Notes: generated from the sequence alone by a model not told the origin. A DNA stretch of 64,000 bases from Candidatus Woesearchaeota archaeon (GCA_964403535.1 CAYOFN010000001.1:2003-66002), one strand, 5' to 3'; shown: positions 27,599-37,011, numbered from the stretch's first letter. A program made the numbers and translations.

Positions 27599-29221
27599 TT
27601 ACCTTCCAAGAACTCTTTTTAAGTCATTTTTCCTGATAGCACTCATTAGAGACTCTTTATCATTATAATACAAATTCATAACTCTTCCAAAATCATTTAA
27701 ATCTCTAATCTTATTTTTAATCAGCCAGTCCAGTATTGCTCTTTTTTGTTCCAGGTTTCTGTTTAGCTCTGCTTGTGACATTCCTGTGTTTCTGTTTATG
27801 CTTTCAAAAAATTTAGAACTCTCAGAGTGCCTGATAATCTTGTCTTCTTCAGGAACCCAACGATAAAGAATATTTGCACTTGCACTGTCCTGCTCTGCCT
27901 CGAATTCTGCTACCTGGAATACCCTTCTTATTCCTTTTCTTCTATCTCTAAACATTACAACATTTAAATGAACTGCTTTTAGCAGATTAGGAGGAACATT
28001 TAGAGGAGGATTAGTCAGTCTTGAGATTGTCTCAGCAGCACTATCTGCATGAACTGTTGCATAAACAGAGTGTCCTGTGTGCATTGCTTCAAACAATACT
28101 TCAGCTTCTCTTTGTCTTCTCATTTCTCCAAGAACAATTCTATCAGGTCTCATTCTCAGCGAATTAACAAGCAAGTCCAGCATTGAAACCTCTCCTTTTC
28201 CTTCAGGATTTGCAGATCTTGTGACAAGCGGCGCCCAGTATAAAAATTCAGGCAACATAAGTTCTCTTGTATCTTCTACACTTATAATTCTGTGATTTGG
28301 AGGAATAAAAGGCATCAGAGCATTTAAGAGAGAGGTTTTTCCACTTGCTGTTCCCCCACTTATTAATACATTCATCTCATACTCAACTGCAAGCCAGAGA
28401 AGTGCAGCAACTTCTAAATTGCAGGTACGACTGGTTATTAAGTCAATAATTGTATACGGGTCTCTCGCAAACTTTCTAATAGTTATTGTATTTCCCTTTG
28501 TAGCAATAGGATAAAGAATAGAATTAACTCTATCACCTGTAACAAGATGCGCATCTAATAATGGAGTAAGAACAGTAATCTGTCTTCCAACTCTTCTTGC
28601 AACAATATTTGAGTAGTTTGAAATTTCCTCTTCTTTTGCAATTCTTAAGTTTGTAGAAAGCCATCCATATTTTTTATGGTAAACTCTTATTGGCTCTTTT
28701 GCAGAAGGAATTACTACTTCCTCGAGATTTACATCATTAACTAAAAATTCTATTTGCCCTAATCCAAGCATATCCTGCATTAATTTTCCAACTAAAAACT
28801 CCTGCATGCTCTTCTGAAGGCTAGGAAGCTTTTCTTTAAGCAACGTCGCTGCTTTCTGCATAAATCTTTTTTTAATCTCCTGAAAAGCCGAAGGGTCAGT
28901 CATCTCCTTCATGCTGATTGTTGTTACAGAAACAAGTTCATTTCTAACCTCACTTAAAAGAGCACCTGTAGCTGCACCAATCTCAGGGACATTTACACTG
29001 TATATCACCCCCAACTCCTCTCTTTTAATCTCAACATCTACTACTGCTCCATCAACTCCAATTTTGTATTTTTCAAGAAGTCCTTTTTTAATTGGAGCCT
29101 CTACTCTTTTCTCAGTCTTCTTTGAGATTTTTTCTTTTGTATTTTCAGTTCTCACAGATTTTACTTTTAAAACCCTTTTAACACTATACTCTTTTTTCTT
29201 AACCTTCTTTTTCTTTTTCAT
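27599..29221 (-). CDS. type IV pilus/archaellum assembly ATPase (FlaI/PilB/TadA-VirB11 family)
   Basis: Walker A (ISGGTASGKTSLLNAL), Asp box (ISVEDTRELMLP) and His box (MHTGHSVYATVHA). Confidence 0.85.
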   Translation of the reverse strand: MKKKKKVKKKEYSVKRVLKVKSVRTENTKEKISKKTEKRVEAPIKKGLLEKYKIGVDGAVVDVEIKREELGVIYSVNVPEIGAATGALLSEVRNELVSVTTISMKEMTDPSAFQEIKKRFMQKAATLLKEKLPSLQKSMQEFLVGKLMQDMLGLGQIEFLVNDVNLEEVVIPSAKEPIRVYHKKYGWLSTNLRIAKEEEISNYSNIVARRVGRQITVLTPLLDAHLVTGDRVNSILYPIATKGNTITIRKFARDPYTIIDLITSRTCNLEVAALLWLAVEYEMNVLISGGTASGKTSLLNALMPFIPPNHRIISVEDTRELMLPEFLYWAPLVTRSANPEGKGEVSMLDLLVNSLRMRPDRIVLGEMRRQREAEVLFEAMHTGHSVYATVHADSAAETISRLTNPPLNVPPNLLKAVHLNVVMFRDRRKGIRRVFQVAEFEAEQDSASANILYRWVPEEDKIIRHSESSKFFESINRNTGMSQAELNRNLEQKRAILDWLIKNKIRDLNDFGRVMNLYYNDKESLMSAIRKNDLKRVLGR

Positions 29222-29233
29222 TTATCCTCTTTT

Positions 29234-29779
29234 TTATTTTGCAGATATTTTGAGAACAGGCTCCCCTCCAAATCCAGGATACTCTATTGTTGCAAGATTG
29301 CTCGATTCAAGCATCTTTGCCCAGTTTAGTGCAGTGTCTTTCTTAACCTTGAATGTTTTTGCAATTGTTGAGACTCTTACTTGTTTTTTACTCTCCAAAA
29401 TTTTATACAATACATCTAAATCAGTCCCTTTTTGAGATACTTTGTTAATATCAATTCCTTCTAATTCTTTTTTTCTGCTTTTAACTCCCTTATCTCTGAC
29501 AGATATAACCAAAAGCAAAACTAATACTACCCCCCACTGAACTATAAGGAAAACTCTTGCAGTAAAAGATATCTCTTGATATGCTTTAATAAACGTATCT
29601 CCTACTGAAAATCCAGTTATCCCTCCAGATAACCCTCCAAACTTAAAAGCATATCCCCCAAGATTTATAATAAACAAAAATGCTGATACAAACAAGACTC
29701 TTAAAAAAAGTGTTTTTTCTCCTCTTCTTTTAACAGGTTTCTCTTTAAGTTCTATCTTCCCTCTTTTTTTATCAATCAT
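29234..29779 (-). CDS. membrane protein, first gene of the pilus-assembly operon (possible C-terminal winged-helix)
   Basis: 181 aa with 2 TM helices and a soluble C-terminal domain. Confidence 0.35.
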   Translation of the reverse strand: MIDKKRGKIELKEKPVKRRGEKTLFLRVLFVSAFLFIINLGGYAFKFGGLSGGITGFSVGDTFIKAYQEISFTARVFLIVQWGVVLVLLLVISVRDKGVKSRKKELEGIDINKVSQKGTDLDVLYKILESKKQVRVSTIAKTFKVKKDTALNWAKMLESSNLATIEYPGFGGEPVLKISAK

Positions 29780-29780
29780 C

Positions 29781-29870
29781 TTTTATAAAAATGTTTAAAT
29801 ATCTTATTTATTATGTATATACACCGTGGATTTATTTTATAAATCTTGCTAAAAAAGAGAAAAACATAAT
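29781..29870. promoter_or_regulatory. divergent promoter region between pilus-assembly operon (minus) and prepilin operon (plus)
   Basis: Two TATA-like boxes ~25-35 bp upstream of each start codon (TTTTATAAAAATG on the minus side; TTTTATAAAT at 29835-29844). Confidence 0.35.
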
Positions 29871-30287
29871 ATGGCTCATTTTAAAAAATCTCAGATAAGT
29901 TCAGAGTATTTGGTTATAATCGGATTTGTCACTTTTGTCATAATTGGAATCCTTGGAATAGCATTTTTTTATACAGGAGCTATAAAAGACAGAATGAGAA
30001 TCAATCAAATAACCAATTTTGCCAGTAAAATCATCTCCACATCTGAATCATTGTTCTATTCAGGCAAGCCTTCAAAAGCAACTGTCTCTGCATATCTTCC
30101 TGATGGAATAACTGGAATTCAAATTGCAGAACAAAGCTTAATTTTCACTGTCTATACAAGTTCAGGAGAGAATAAAATTAGTTTTCCAAGTAAGGTTCCT
30201 ATAACTGGAAATATTATAGGCACCCAGGGAGTAAAGAAGATTACTATAGAAGCTCAGGAGAGCGCAGTTTCAATAAGTCCTGCTTAA
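29871..30287 (+). CDS. prepilin-like protein with class III (archaeal type IV pilin) signal peptide
   Basis: N-terminus MAHFKKSQISSEYLVIIGFVTFVIIGIL matches a QxSxE-type prepilin signal followed by a hydrophobic helix. Confidence 0.5.
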   Translation: MAHFKKSQISSEYLVIIGFVTFVIIGILGIAFFYTGAIKDRMRINQITNFASKIISTSESLFYSGKPSKATVSAYLPDGITGIQIAEQSLIFTVYTSSGENKISFPSKVPITGNIIGTQGVKKITIEAQESAVSISPA

Positions 30288-30288
30288 A

Positions 30289-30702
30289 ATGGGAAAATCA
30301 AAAAAGAGGGGGAAAAATAAAAATGCACAATCTTCAATCGAATTTCTCATTATTATTGGGTTTGTCTTATTTTTCTTTATAATATTTTTTGTAGCAATTC
30401 AGGAAAAAATAGTTGAGGAAACAAAGCAAAATCAAGAATTATCAGTAAAAGAAATTGCAATTACAGTCCAAAATGAAATCAATCTTGCGCTTATCTCAAG
30501 TGACGGATACACCCGCGAATTTAAGATTCCAATGAATCTTGGAAATAAAAATTACAGCATTAATATAACTGAAGACATGGTTTATGTAAAAACAATAGAT
30601 AACAAGAGTGCAATTGCTTTGCCTGTCGCAAAACTCACAGGAAACATTCAGAAAGGAACAAACACAATTAAAAAACAAAACAATGAAATTCTTCTAAACT
30701 AA
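30289..30702 (+). CDS. prepilin-like protein (class III signal peptide)
   Basis: N-terminus MGKSKKRGKNKNAQSSIEFLIIIGFVLFFFIIFF. Its start codon is 2 nt after the previous stop. Confidence 0.55.
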   Translation: MGKSKKRGKNKNAQSSIEFLIIIGFVLFFFIIFFVAIQEKIVEETKQNQELSVKEIAITVQNEINLALISSDGYTREFKIPMNLGNKNYSINITEDMVYVKTIDNKSAIALPVAKLTGNIQKGTNTIKKQNNEILLN

Positions 30703-30704
30703 AA

Positions 30705-31205
30705 ATGAAAAATAAAAATGCACAAGCCTGGGGAATTGATTTGATAATTGCAGGATTTATCTTTACTATAGGGATCACCTCATTTTACCTTTATACTATT
30801 AATTATACTGCAGACTCAGAAGAAGTAATAGAAACTCTAAGGTACGAAGGAAATATTATTGCAGACATAATTCTCTCAGAAGGATATCCAAAAAACTGGA
30901 CTTTAATTAATGTAGTCTCTCCAGGAATTCTGTCAGAGAATAAAATAAACGAGACAAAACTACAGAACTTCTATACTCTCACTATTTCAGATTATCCTAA
31001 AACAAAAACCTTGTTTAATACAAGATATGACTACCTCCTGCTCTTTAATGAAAATCTTACTATCGGCGCAAATGAAATAAATAAGATAGGAAAACCAGGA
31101 GTTAGTCCAGGAACTATTTCTTCTGAAAATCTCATAAAAATAACCCGTTTTACAATATACAAAAACACTCCAATAACAGTCAATCTTTATATCTGGGAAA
31201 AATGA
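30705..31205 (+). CDS. prepilin-like protein (class III signal peptide)
   Basis: N-terminus MKNKNAQAWGIDLIIAGFIFTIGI; translationally coupled to the previous gene. Confidence 0.45.
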   Translation: MKNKNAQAWGIDLIIAGFIFTIGITSFYLYTINYTADSEEVIETLRYEGNIIADIILSEGYPKNWTLINVVSPGILSENKINETKLQNFYTLTISDYPKTKTLFNTRYDYLLLFNENLTIGANEINKIGKPGVSPGTISSENLIKITRFTIYKNTPITVNLYIWEK

Positions 31206-33082
31206 AAACAAAAAAAGCAATTTTTTTTAGCACAGACGCACTAATAGCCCTGCTCATAATCTTCTTAAGCATACTGATAATTTATCCGATCATAAAGTAC
31301 TCAGATTACAAGACAAACTTAAATGAAGATGTACTCACTGTTCTTTCGAGTTTAAAAGTAGGAGAAGTAAATAATTCTTATATTCAAAATTTAATTTCTT
31401 TAAAAGAAATAACTGATTTGAACAAATCTATCCTCGAGCAAATAGGAGATTTTTATGTAACTAATTTAACAAGAGCTAAGGAAATGACAAAATCAATTCT
31501 TCTTACTCTTAATACAACAGAGAATATCGGAGTATGGTATGGTGAGGATTTGCTCGCTTCTGTAAACTCATCACCTTATGAGACAGCTACAGATATAGAA
31601 GTAGAGAGGCAAATTATCAGTGGTATAGAAAAAGGAAAATCTTCAAAAGGTTTTGTGTCTAAAGCATGGCTTAGAAAAGTTTCAAAAAAAAAGAATATTT
31701 TGTTCATAAAAGGAGATTTAATGTGTGGAGGATGGAAATCTTATTCTTGGGGGGATTATTGCGGAACTAGCGAGGCTACAGCAGTTTATAATGTAAACTT
31801 TCCAACAAATGCAACTATCAAAAATGCTTTTTGGTTAATTGAAGGTGCCTGGACTCCTCAATTCTCAAGAGCATATGTAAATGGAGTAGAAGTGTATAGT
31901 GGAAGTGTAGACCATTATACTAATGTAGACATAACTTCTTTTCTTCATCCTGGAAATAACACAGCAACACTCTACGGTGCAATTGGAGTAGAAGATGGAG
32001 CTTCTCACATTATTGTAGAGTATGAAACTCCAGATATGCAGACTTATCACTCTCAAACTAAGTTTTACCTAAACAAACTCACAGCAACCTCTGTCCTTCA
32101 TCAAGAAAAATCAATAATACTCCCTTCAGACATCTCATTAATTAATGCAACAATAAATACAACTTCAGATGTAACTCTATCATTTAGAAAAGGAATTAAG
32201 AGTTTTGAAATAGGAAAAAAATCACCTGTAAATAATATTGTTACTTTCTCAGATGCAGAAATAAAAAATGCTTTAAACTCAAATGGAATCTCTTATTCAG
32301 ATTTAAACAGCGAATACTTTTTTTTAACTCTTGATATTGGGAAAGACACTCCTGGGCAGGTTATTACACTTGAAGGAGAGTCTTTTTTTTACATAAACTC
32401 TTCTAAAATAATTATGCCCTATGGAACAATTGATATAACTCAGGAAATTCCTCTAACAAACTCCTCTAATCATGTGGTCCACACTTTTTACAGAAATTTG
32501 GAGTGGCAATTTCATCTTCCTATCAGTTCAACACCTATCCTTGCAGACTGGCAGTTTGGATGGTTTATTGAATTAGGAGTTTCAGAGCAAAAGGTAACAG
32601 CTAATGGTATTGTTCTTTATGATTCTCCGCCTGATGCTTTTATTCCTGCTTTTAGTAGATTTGGCTATTCTCCCTCAAGAGCCCAAGGAGTATTTCAGGA
32701 AGGACAGAATAATTTTACCCTTGACTTTGGAAATACTTACAGTGTCTCAAATGAATCTTCTTACGGACATCTGATTTATTTTATCAAGAGCTATGTAAAT
32801 TATGGAGATGCAAAAGAAAAAGCGCAAGGAGGAACAAGAGTTCTGGAATTTGAAGATGGTTCAGTCCAAACTTTTAGAGTTGGAAATTTTTCAGATGTAT
32901 GGGACCCTGATGTTGATGCAGTAGATGATGCTGTAGAGCGTCTCTTTTCTCAGTTAGATGCAGATAAAGATAATAAACTTGACTTAGTATTTAATGCAGA
33001 CTCATTTAGCATTGAAAGCATGGACATTTCTGGAGTTCCATACATTTGGAACACTGAAGTTCAAGCAAGAAGATGGATATAA
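31202..33082 (+). CDS. large pilin-like surface protein (626 aa) with N-terminal pilin-type hydrophobic helix and many N-glycosylation sequons
   Basis: N-terminus MKTKKAIFFSTDALIALLIIFLSILIIY. Its start overlaps the previous stop by 4 nt. Numerous NxS/T sequons. Confidence 0.45.
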   Translation: MKTKKAIFFSTDALIALLIIFLSILIIYPIIKYSDYKTNLNEDVLTVLSSLKVGEVNNSYIQNLISLKEITDLNKSILEQIGDFYVTNLTRAKEMTKSILLTLNTTENIGVWYGEDLLASVNSSPYETATDIEVERQIISGIEKGKSSKGFVSKAWLRKVSKKKNILFIKGDLMCGGWKSYSWGDYCGTSEATAVYNVNFPTNATIKNAFWLIEGAWTPQFSRAYVNGVEVYSGSVDHYTNVDITSFLHPGNNTATLYGAIGVEDGASHIIVEYETPDMQTYHSQTKFYLNKLTATSVLHQEKSIILPSDISLINATINTTSDVTLSFRKGIKSFEIGKKSPVNNIVTFSDAEIKNALNSNGISYSDLNSEYFFLTLDIGKDTPGQVITLEGESFFYINSSKIIMPYGTIDITQEIPLTNSSNHVVHTFYRNLEWQFHLPISSTPILADWQFGWFIELGVSEQKVTANGIVLYDSPPDAFIPAFSRFGYSPSRAQGVFQEGQNNFTLDFGNTYSVSNESSYGHLIYFIKSYVNYGDAKEKAQGGTRVLEFEDGSVQTFRVGNFSDVWDPDVDAVDDAVERLFSQLDADKDNKLDLVFNADSFSIESMDISGVPYIWNTEVQARRWI

Positions 33083-33110
33083 AAAACAAATAAAAAACAA
33101 GATTATATTC

Positions 33111-33440
33111 CTACTTCCCTATATCTGATTTAGCTGCTTCAGTTATAAGGTTTTTTCTTTCATCTTTAGTTATTAGTCCTTGCAAAAGAAAATATTTAGA
33201 GGTATGAGATACGCAACTAACATACTCCCCATGATTTCTTAAGTTTTCAGAGCATATCTGAACAACAGAGCACCCATCTGAGTTTACAACATCTCCACTC
33301 TCTGTGTTCATGCACAAATCATCAACATCTAAAATTCCATCATTATCACTATCTGTTGGAGCAGGTGGTGCAGCTGAAATACCCACACTTAAAATCAATA
33401 AAGACAGAACAACTGAAAGCACTATAAATATACTTTTCAT
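33111..33440 (-). CDS. secreted protein with thrombospondin-type-3-like Ca-binding Asp repeats
   Basis: Signal peptide, then DSDNDGILDVDDLC...NSDGCS. Confidence 0.4.
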   Translation of the reverse strand: MKSIFIVLSVVLSLLILSVGISAAPPAPTDSDNDGILDVDDLCMNTESGDVVNSDGCSVVQICSENLRNHGEYVSCVSHTSKYFLLQGLITKDERKNLITEAAKSDIGK

Positions 33441-33512
33441 TTTACCCTCCTTTTAAAAATAACAGATAAGAAGATATTTAAGGTTTTATATATTCAGATA
33501 TATACAACTAAC

Positions 33513-34433
33513 ATGAAAAATAAAAGAGGGATGTTCTTTACTCTACTAGTAATAGCCTTGCTCGCCTTATTTCTTGTTACTTATTCTTCTTTTCATCTTA
33601 TTGAGGAAAGAAAAGCAACTAACAAGAGAGTAGAGAGCATGAACAGTTTTATCTTCTCTCTTGAACAAGACATTTCAAGACAGATTTATATCTCCAGCTA
33701 TCGGGCTCTTCTCTCTCTTCAATACTCCTTAACAACAAAAGAAGAATTTTTAGATGATTCAAGAGCATCAATCAAAGAAGCTCTGCTAAACGGAACAATT
33801 GAAGGGGAAAACATAAGTTTAATGGAGGGTTATAGAATTCAGGACTGGAGCTCAAGAATTTCAGAGTTTGGAAATAAAACAAATCTTCAGATTGATTACT
33901 CGATTCTAAATATAAGTGTAACTCAGGAAGACCCCTGGAATATTAAAATTGACCTGTCTCTAAGAATGTTAATTAAGGACAATTCTAATCTAGCTTCTTG
34001 GAACAGGACTCAGAATATCTCTTCAAAAATTGAGATAATTGGATTTGAAGACCCCCTTTATATTATTTACACTAGAGGAATCTTTTCAAATAAAATAAAC
34101 AAAACAATTTACTCTCCATTTGTAGACGGAACAAATGTACAAAATCTTACTTTTCATTCAACACACTCTTATTACATTGCTTCTCCTGATGCCCCAAGTT
34201 ACCTTGATAGGCTTGAAGGAAAAACTTCAGCAAATCCAAATGGGGTAGAGTCTCTTGTTTATTTTCCAGTACTCTCCTCAAAAGGAATAAATGTGGAAGA
34301 TAAATCCTGTGTAGACCATATTTATTTTTCTTCAAATAACCCTTCTGCCCATAGAATAACTGGAATGCCTGTTTGGTTTAAGATTGATGATGCTCATCTT
34401 GCTTTGTATAATGTTACTGCTCTTTCAATCTAA
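33513..34433 (+). CDS. pilin-like/surface protein with class III-like signal (MKNKRGMFFTLLVIALLALF)
   Basis: KRG followed by a hydrophobic helix, and a glycosylation-rich ectodomain. Confidence 0.4.
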   Translation: MKNKRGMFFTLLVIALLALFLVTYSSFHLIEERKATNKRVESMNSFIFSLEQDISRQIYISSYRALLSLQYSLTTKEEFLDDSRASIKEALLNGTIEGENISLMEGYRIQDWSSRISEFGNKTNLQIDYSILNISVTQEDPWNIKIDLSLRMLIKDNSNLASWNRTQNISSKIEIIGFEDPLYIIYTRGIFSNKINKTIYSPFVDGTNVQNLTFHSTHSYYIASPDAPSYLDRLEGKTSANPNGVESLVYFPVLSSKGINVEDKSCVDHIYFSSNNPSAHRITGMPVWFKIDDAHLALYNVTALSI

Positions 34434-35017
34434 TTAGAAACTATTCCTCCAACAATTCCACCAATCTCTACTTTGATCTCTCCCTCAAGAATGTAAGTAA
34501 CGAAAACATCTTCATAAAACTCTTCTTTTCCAGAATTATCACACTCAAAAACAAAATTCTCCTCTTCATCATTCTCTATTATCTCCTGCACTTCTGGAGT
34601 ACACCCTCCAAGTTTCATCTTCACACTCATACTCTCCCCTAACTGATTTCTAATCTTTAGAGAAACACTCTCATTTTTAATATAATTTACAAAACAGGTA
34701 ATATGCGGAAGATTTCCTGGGCGGATTAATACACAATAATCTTCTTCATTCACTTTCTCACTCTCTGCACCAGGTTCACTGATTACTCCACTTCCTCCGC
34801 CTCCACTGCTCCCTCCAGAACTTCCTCCAGTTCCTTCAGAGATGACTCCACCAGAGATTAAATTATCCCCACCCTCAAGGTTTTCTGTAGTCTCGGTTTT
34901 CAAAACGTTCTCATTTGTCCCTCTCTCACTATTTTTTGGAGAGTAAATAAATGCAACTCCAAAAAGAAATATCAAAATAACAGTAAAAATTCCAACCAAC
35001 CAAAAAGCTCTCCCCAT
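34430..35017 (-). CDS. membrane-anchored Gly/Ser-rich protein
   Basis: N-terminal TM helix and a GGSSGGSSGGGGSG linker. Confidence 0.3.
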   Translation of the reverse strand: MGRAFWLVGIFTVILIFLFGVAFIYSPKNSERGTNENVLKTETTENLEGGDNLISGGVISEGTGGSSGGSSGGGGSGVISEPGAESEKVNEEDYCVLIRPGNLPHITCFVNYIKNESVSLKIRNQLGESMSVKMKLGGCTPEVQEIIENDEEENFVFECDNSGKEEFYEDVFVTYILEGEIKVEIGGIVGGIVSN

Positions 35018-35309
35018 TTTTTTATTCTTATTAATTTACTCTGGATTAATTAAGATCTCAAGCATATAAAAACTTATTCTTACTCTTAATCTAACCCTTA
35101 AAATTAATACTTTTAATTCTCCCCCTCCTAAGACAGTTTCTTGATTAATAATTAATAAATCTTGTTTAAATTAAGCATTCTAGAAACTCTTATGGTTTAA
35201 CAAGCAATTAATCCCATTGACTATAAAAATAAAATCGAGTATAGAAATCTTTATAAAGAACTTAATCCTCGAGTATATTATTATAAAACAAAATTCAAAA
35301 GGAGGTAAA

Positions 35310-35750
35310 ATGCAAAGAAAAGGACAAGCAGCTATGGAATTCTTGATGACTTATGGTTGGGCTATTTTAGCAGCAGTAATTGCAATAGGTGTTCTTGCAT
35401 ATTTCGGTGTTTTCTCACCTGGAAAATATGTAACAGGTAATGCTGTTGTAAATCCACCATTTTATATTAATGCTTGGAATGCAAAAGCATCTACAGGTGT
35501 TACACTTGAGCTCAAGAATAATGGCGGAGAAGACTACGAGATTCAGAGTGTTGATATAAGCAATTGCGGATCAGACAGCACAGCAACTTCAATTCCAGCA
35601 GACACGAGCGCAGCTATAACAGTTGCATGCACTACACCACTGCTAGAAGGAGAATCTTTTAAAGGCGATATAACTGTGAGTTATAGAAAAGAAGGTAGCA
35701 CAGTAGACTTGACATCAACAGGAACAGCTGCAGGAAAAGTAGTAGCTTAA
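35310..35750 (+). CDS. major type IV pilin candidate (class III signal peptide RKGQAAMEFLMTYGWAIL)
   Basis: Start chosen at MQRKGQ (35310), preceded by SD GGAGGT (the track ORF starts upstream at 35217). Canonical archaeal prepilin motif KGQ..E.L. Followed by a T-rich terminator. Confidence 0.6.
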   Translation: MQRKGQAAMEFLMTYGWAILAAVIAIGVLAYFGVFSPGKYVTGNAVVNPPFYINAWNAKASTGVTLELKNNGGEDYEIQSVDISNCGSDSTATSIPADTSAAITVACTTPLLEGESFKGDITVSYRKEGSTVDLTSTGTAAGKVVA

Positions 35751-35790
35751 TTTTATTTTTTTATTTTTATTTTTTTTATAGTTTTCTTAA
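35751..35790 (+). terminator. oligo-T terminator after pilin gene
   Basis: taattttatttttttatttttattttttttatag. Confidence 0.4.
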
Positions 35791-35801
35791 GATAGTTTAT
35801 C

Positions 35802-36779
35802 TTAATTTCTAATCATCTTTCTAAATTTTTCTACATATCCAGGAGTATACTGATTCTTTGGAATTGCTCCTTTTGGATTATCTTCATTAGGAAAACTCTC
35901 TGCCCACACTTCTCTCATAACTTCAAAAGTTCTATCTCCAATTATTCCATCTTCAACAAGTCCTGCTCTTTTCTGAAATTCTGATACAATCCTTTTTGTA
36001 GCCTTTCCATTATCTCCATCTGGACTAATCCACTGAGGATAAAATAAATCACTTAACATCTGTTGAGCTCTTGCAGTTCTTGGTGCTAACTGTCCAGAAT
36101 TATATGCAGCAGCAGCAAGTTCAGGAGTTCCATATCTTTCTAAACCTAATTGAAACAATCTGGTTGCATAAGCTTGATTTATTTCAGGAACAAACAATCT
36201 TTCCTGCAAATGTCTCTCTTTTCTTATAGCCTCAATAGTTTTTTCATCTAACTCCCCTATTCTTTTTAATCTATGTTTTCTCTGAATCCTATCAATATAA
36301 ATTGCAGTAGCTCCGTCAATTTTTTCATCTAATCTTACATCCAATTCCTCTCTCTTAATTCTTTTCTTTCCATCTACTACTACTTCCCTCTTAACCTCTA
36401 TTCTTTCACCATATAATTTGATTAAATCCTGCTTTGCTTTAATTAATCCATATTCCTTCTTTGAGAATTCAGCATAATCAGAAATTCTTGGCAAATCTGG
36501 AAATCTTCTTTCTAGAGCAAGTGCAGTCTCAGTAGTCAACTGCCCTAATCCATAACTTGTATCATTAATATGGCTTTCATATCTCTGTTCACTAGGTTTT
36601 CTTCCACTCTCTATTGTGTATATAACTCTCATATAATCATCAAGAGTAAGTTTTTTCTCTTCTGGCTTTCTCTCACATCCAATTACAGATAACAAACTCC
36701 CACAAATTCCTAGACTTATCGCCCCCATCGCTCCTCTACCACATTTTTCTAAAAAATCTCTTCTTGATATTTTTTCCAT
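35802..36779 (-). CDS. TAT-signal lytic murein transglycosylase (SLT domain) with C-terminal peptidoglycan-binding (PG_binding_1-like) domain
   Basis: Likely start MEKISRRDFLEK at 36777-36779 (twin-arginine motif SRRDFLEK, then a hydrophobic region ending IGC). SLT catalytic motifs (YTIESG...SYGLGQLT, AAAAYNSGQ). C-terminal DGIIGDRTFEVM PG-binding-like repeat. Confidence 0.65.
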   Translation of the reverse strand: MEKISRRDFLEKCGRGAMGAISLGICGSLLSVIGCERKPEEKKLTLDDYMRVIYTIESGRKPSEQRYESHINDTSYGLGQLTTETALALERRFPDLPRISDYAEFSKKEYGLIKAKQDLIKLYGERIEVKREVVVDGKKRIKREELDVRLDEKIDGATAIYIDRIQRKHRLKRIGELDEKTIEAIRKERHLQERLFVPEINQAYATRLFQLGLERYGTPELAAAAYNSGQLAPRTARAQQMLSDLFYPQWISPDGDNGKATKRIVSEFQKRAGLVEDGIIGDRTFEVMREVWAESFPNEDNPKGAIPKNQYTPGYVEKFRKMIRN

Positions 36780-36780
36780 T

Positions 36781-37011
36781 TTATCTCCCCCTATTTTCTG
36801 GCATTTTATACTCTGGGTCTTTAACAAAATAAGTCAACCCATTTGGAGTTTTTTCAGCTTTTAATCCAGGTGCTGCTAAGGCAATTTCAGGATTTTTAAA
36901 TGTTCCAGATAAAACTAAATAAACTAAAGGAGTCAAAATAGCAAGTTTTAACCACTGAGTTCCACCTCTTGCTCTCCTTCTCTCAGCTCTTGTCTCTAAA
37001 TTTTCTGTCAT
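36781..37011 (-). CDS. small hypothetical protein (1 TM) immediately upstream of the lytic transglycosylase
   Basis: 76-aa ORF whose stop abuts the proposed SLT start. Confidence 0.3.
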   Translation of the reverse strand: MTENLETRAERRRARGGTQWLKLAILTPLVYLVLSGTFKNPEIALAAPGLKAEKTPNGLTYFVKDPEYKMPENRGR

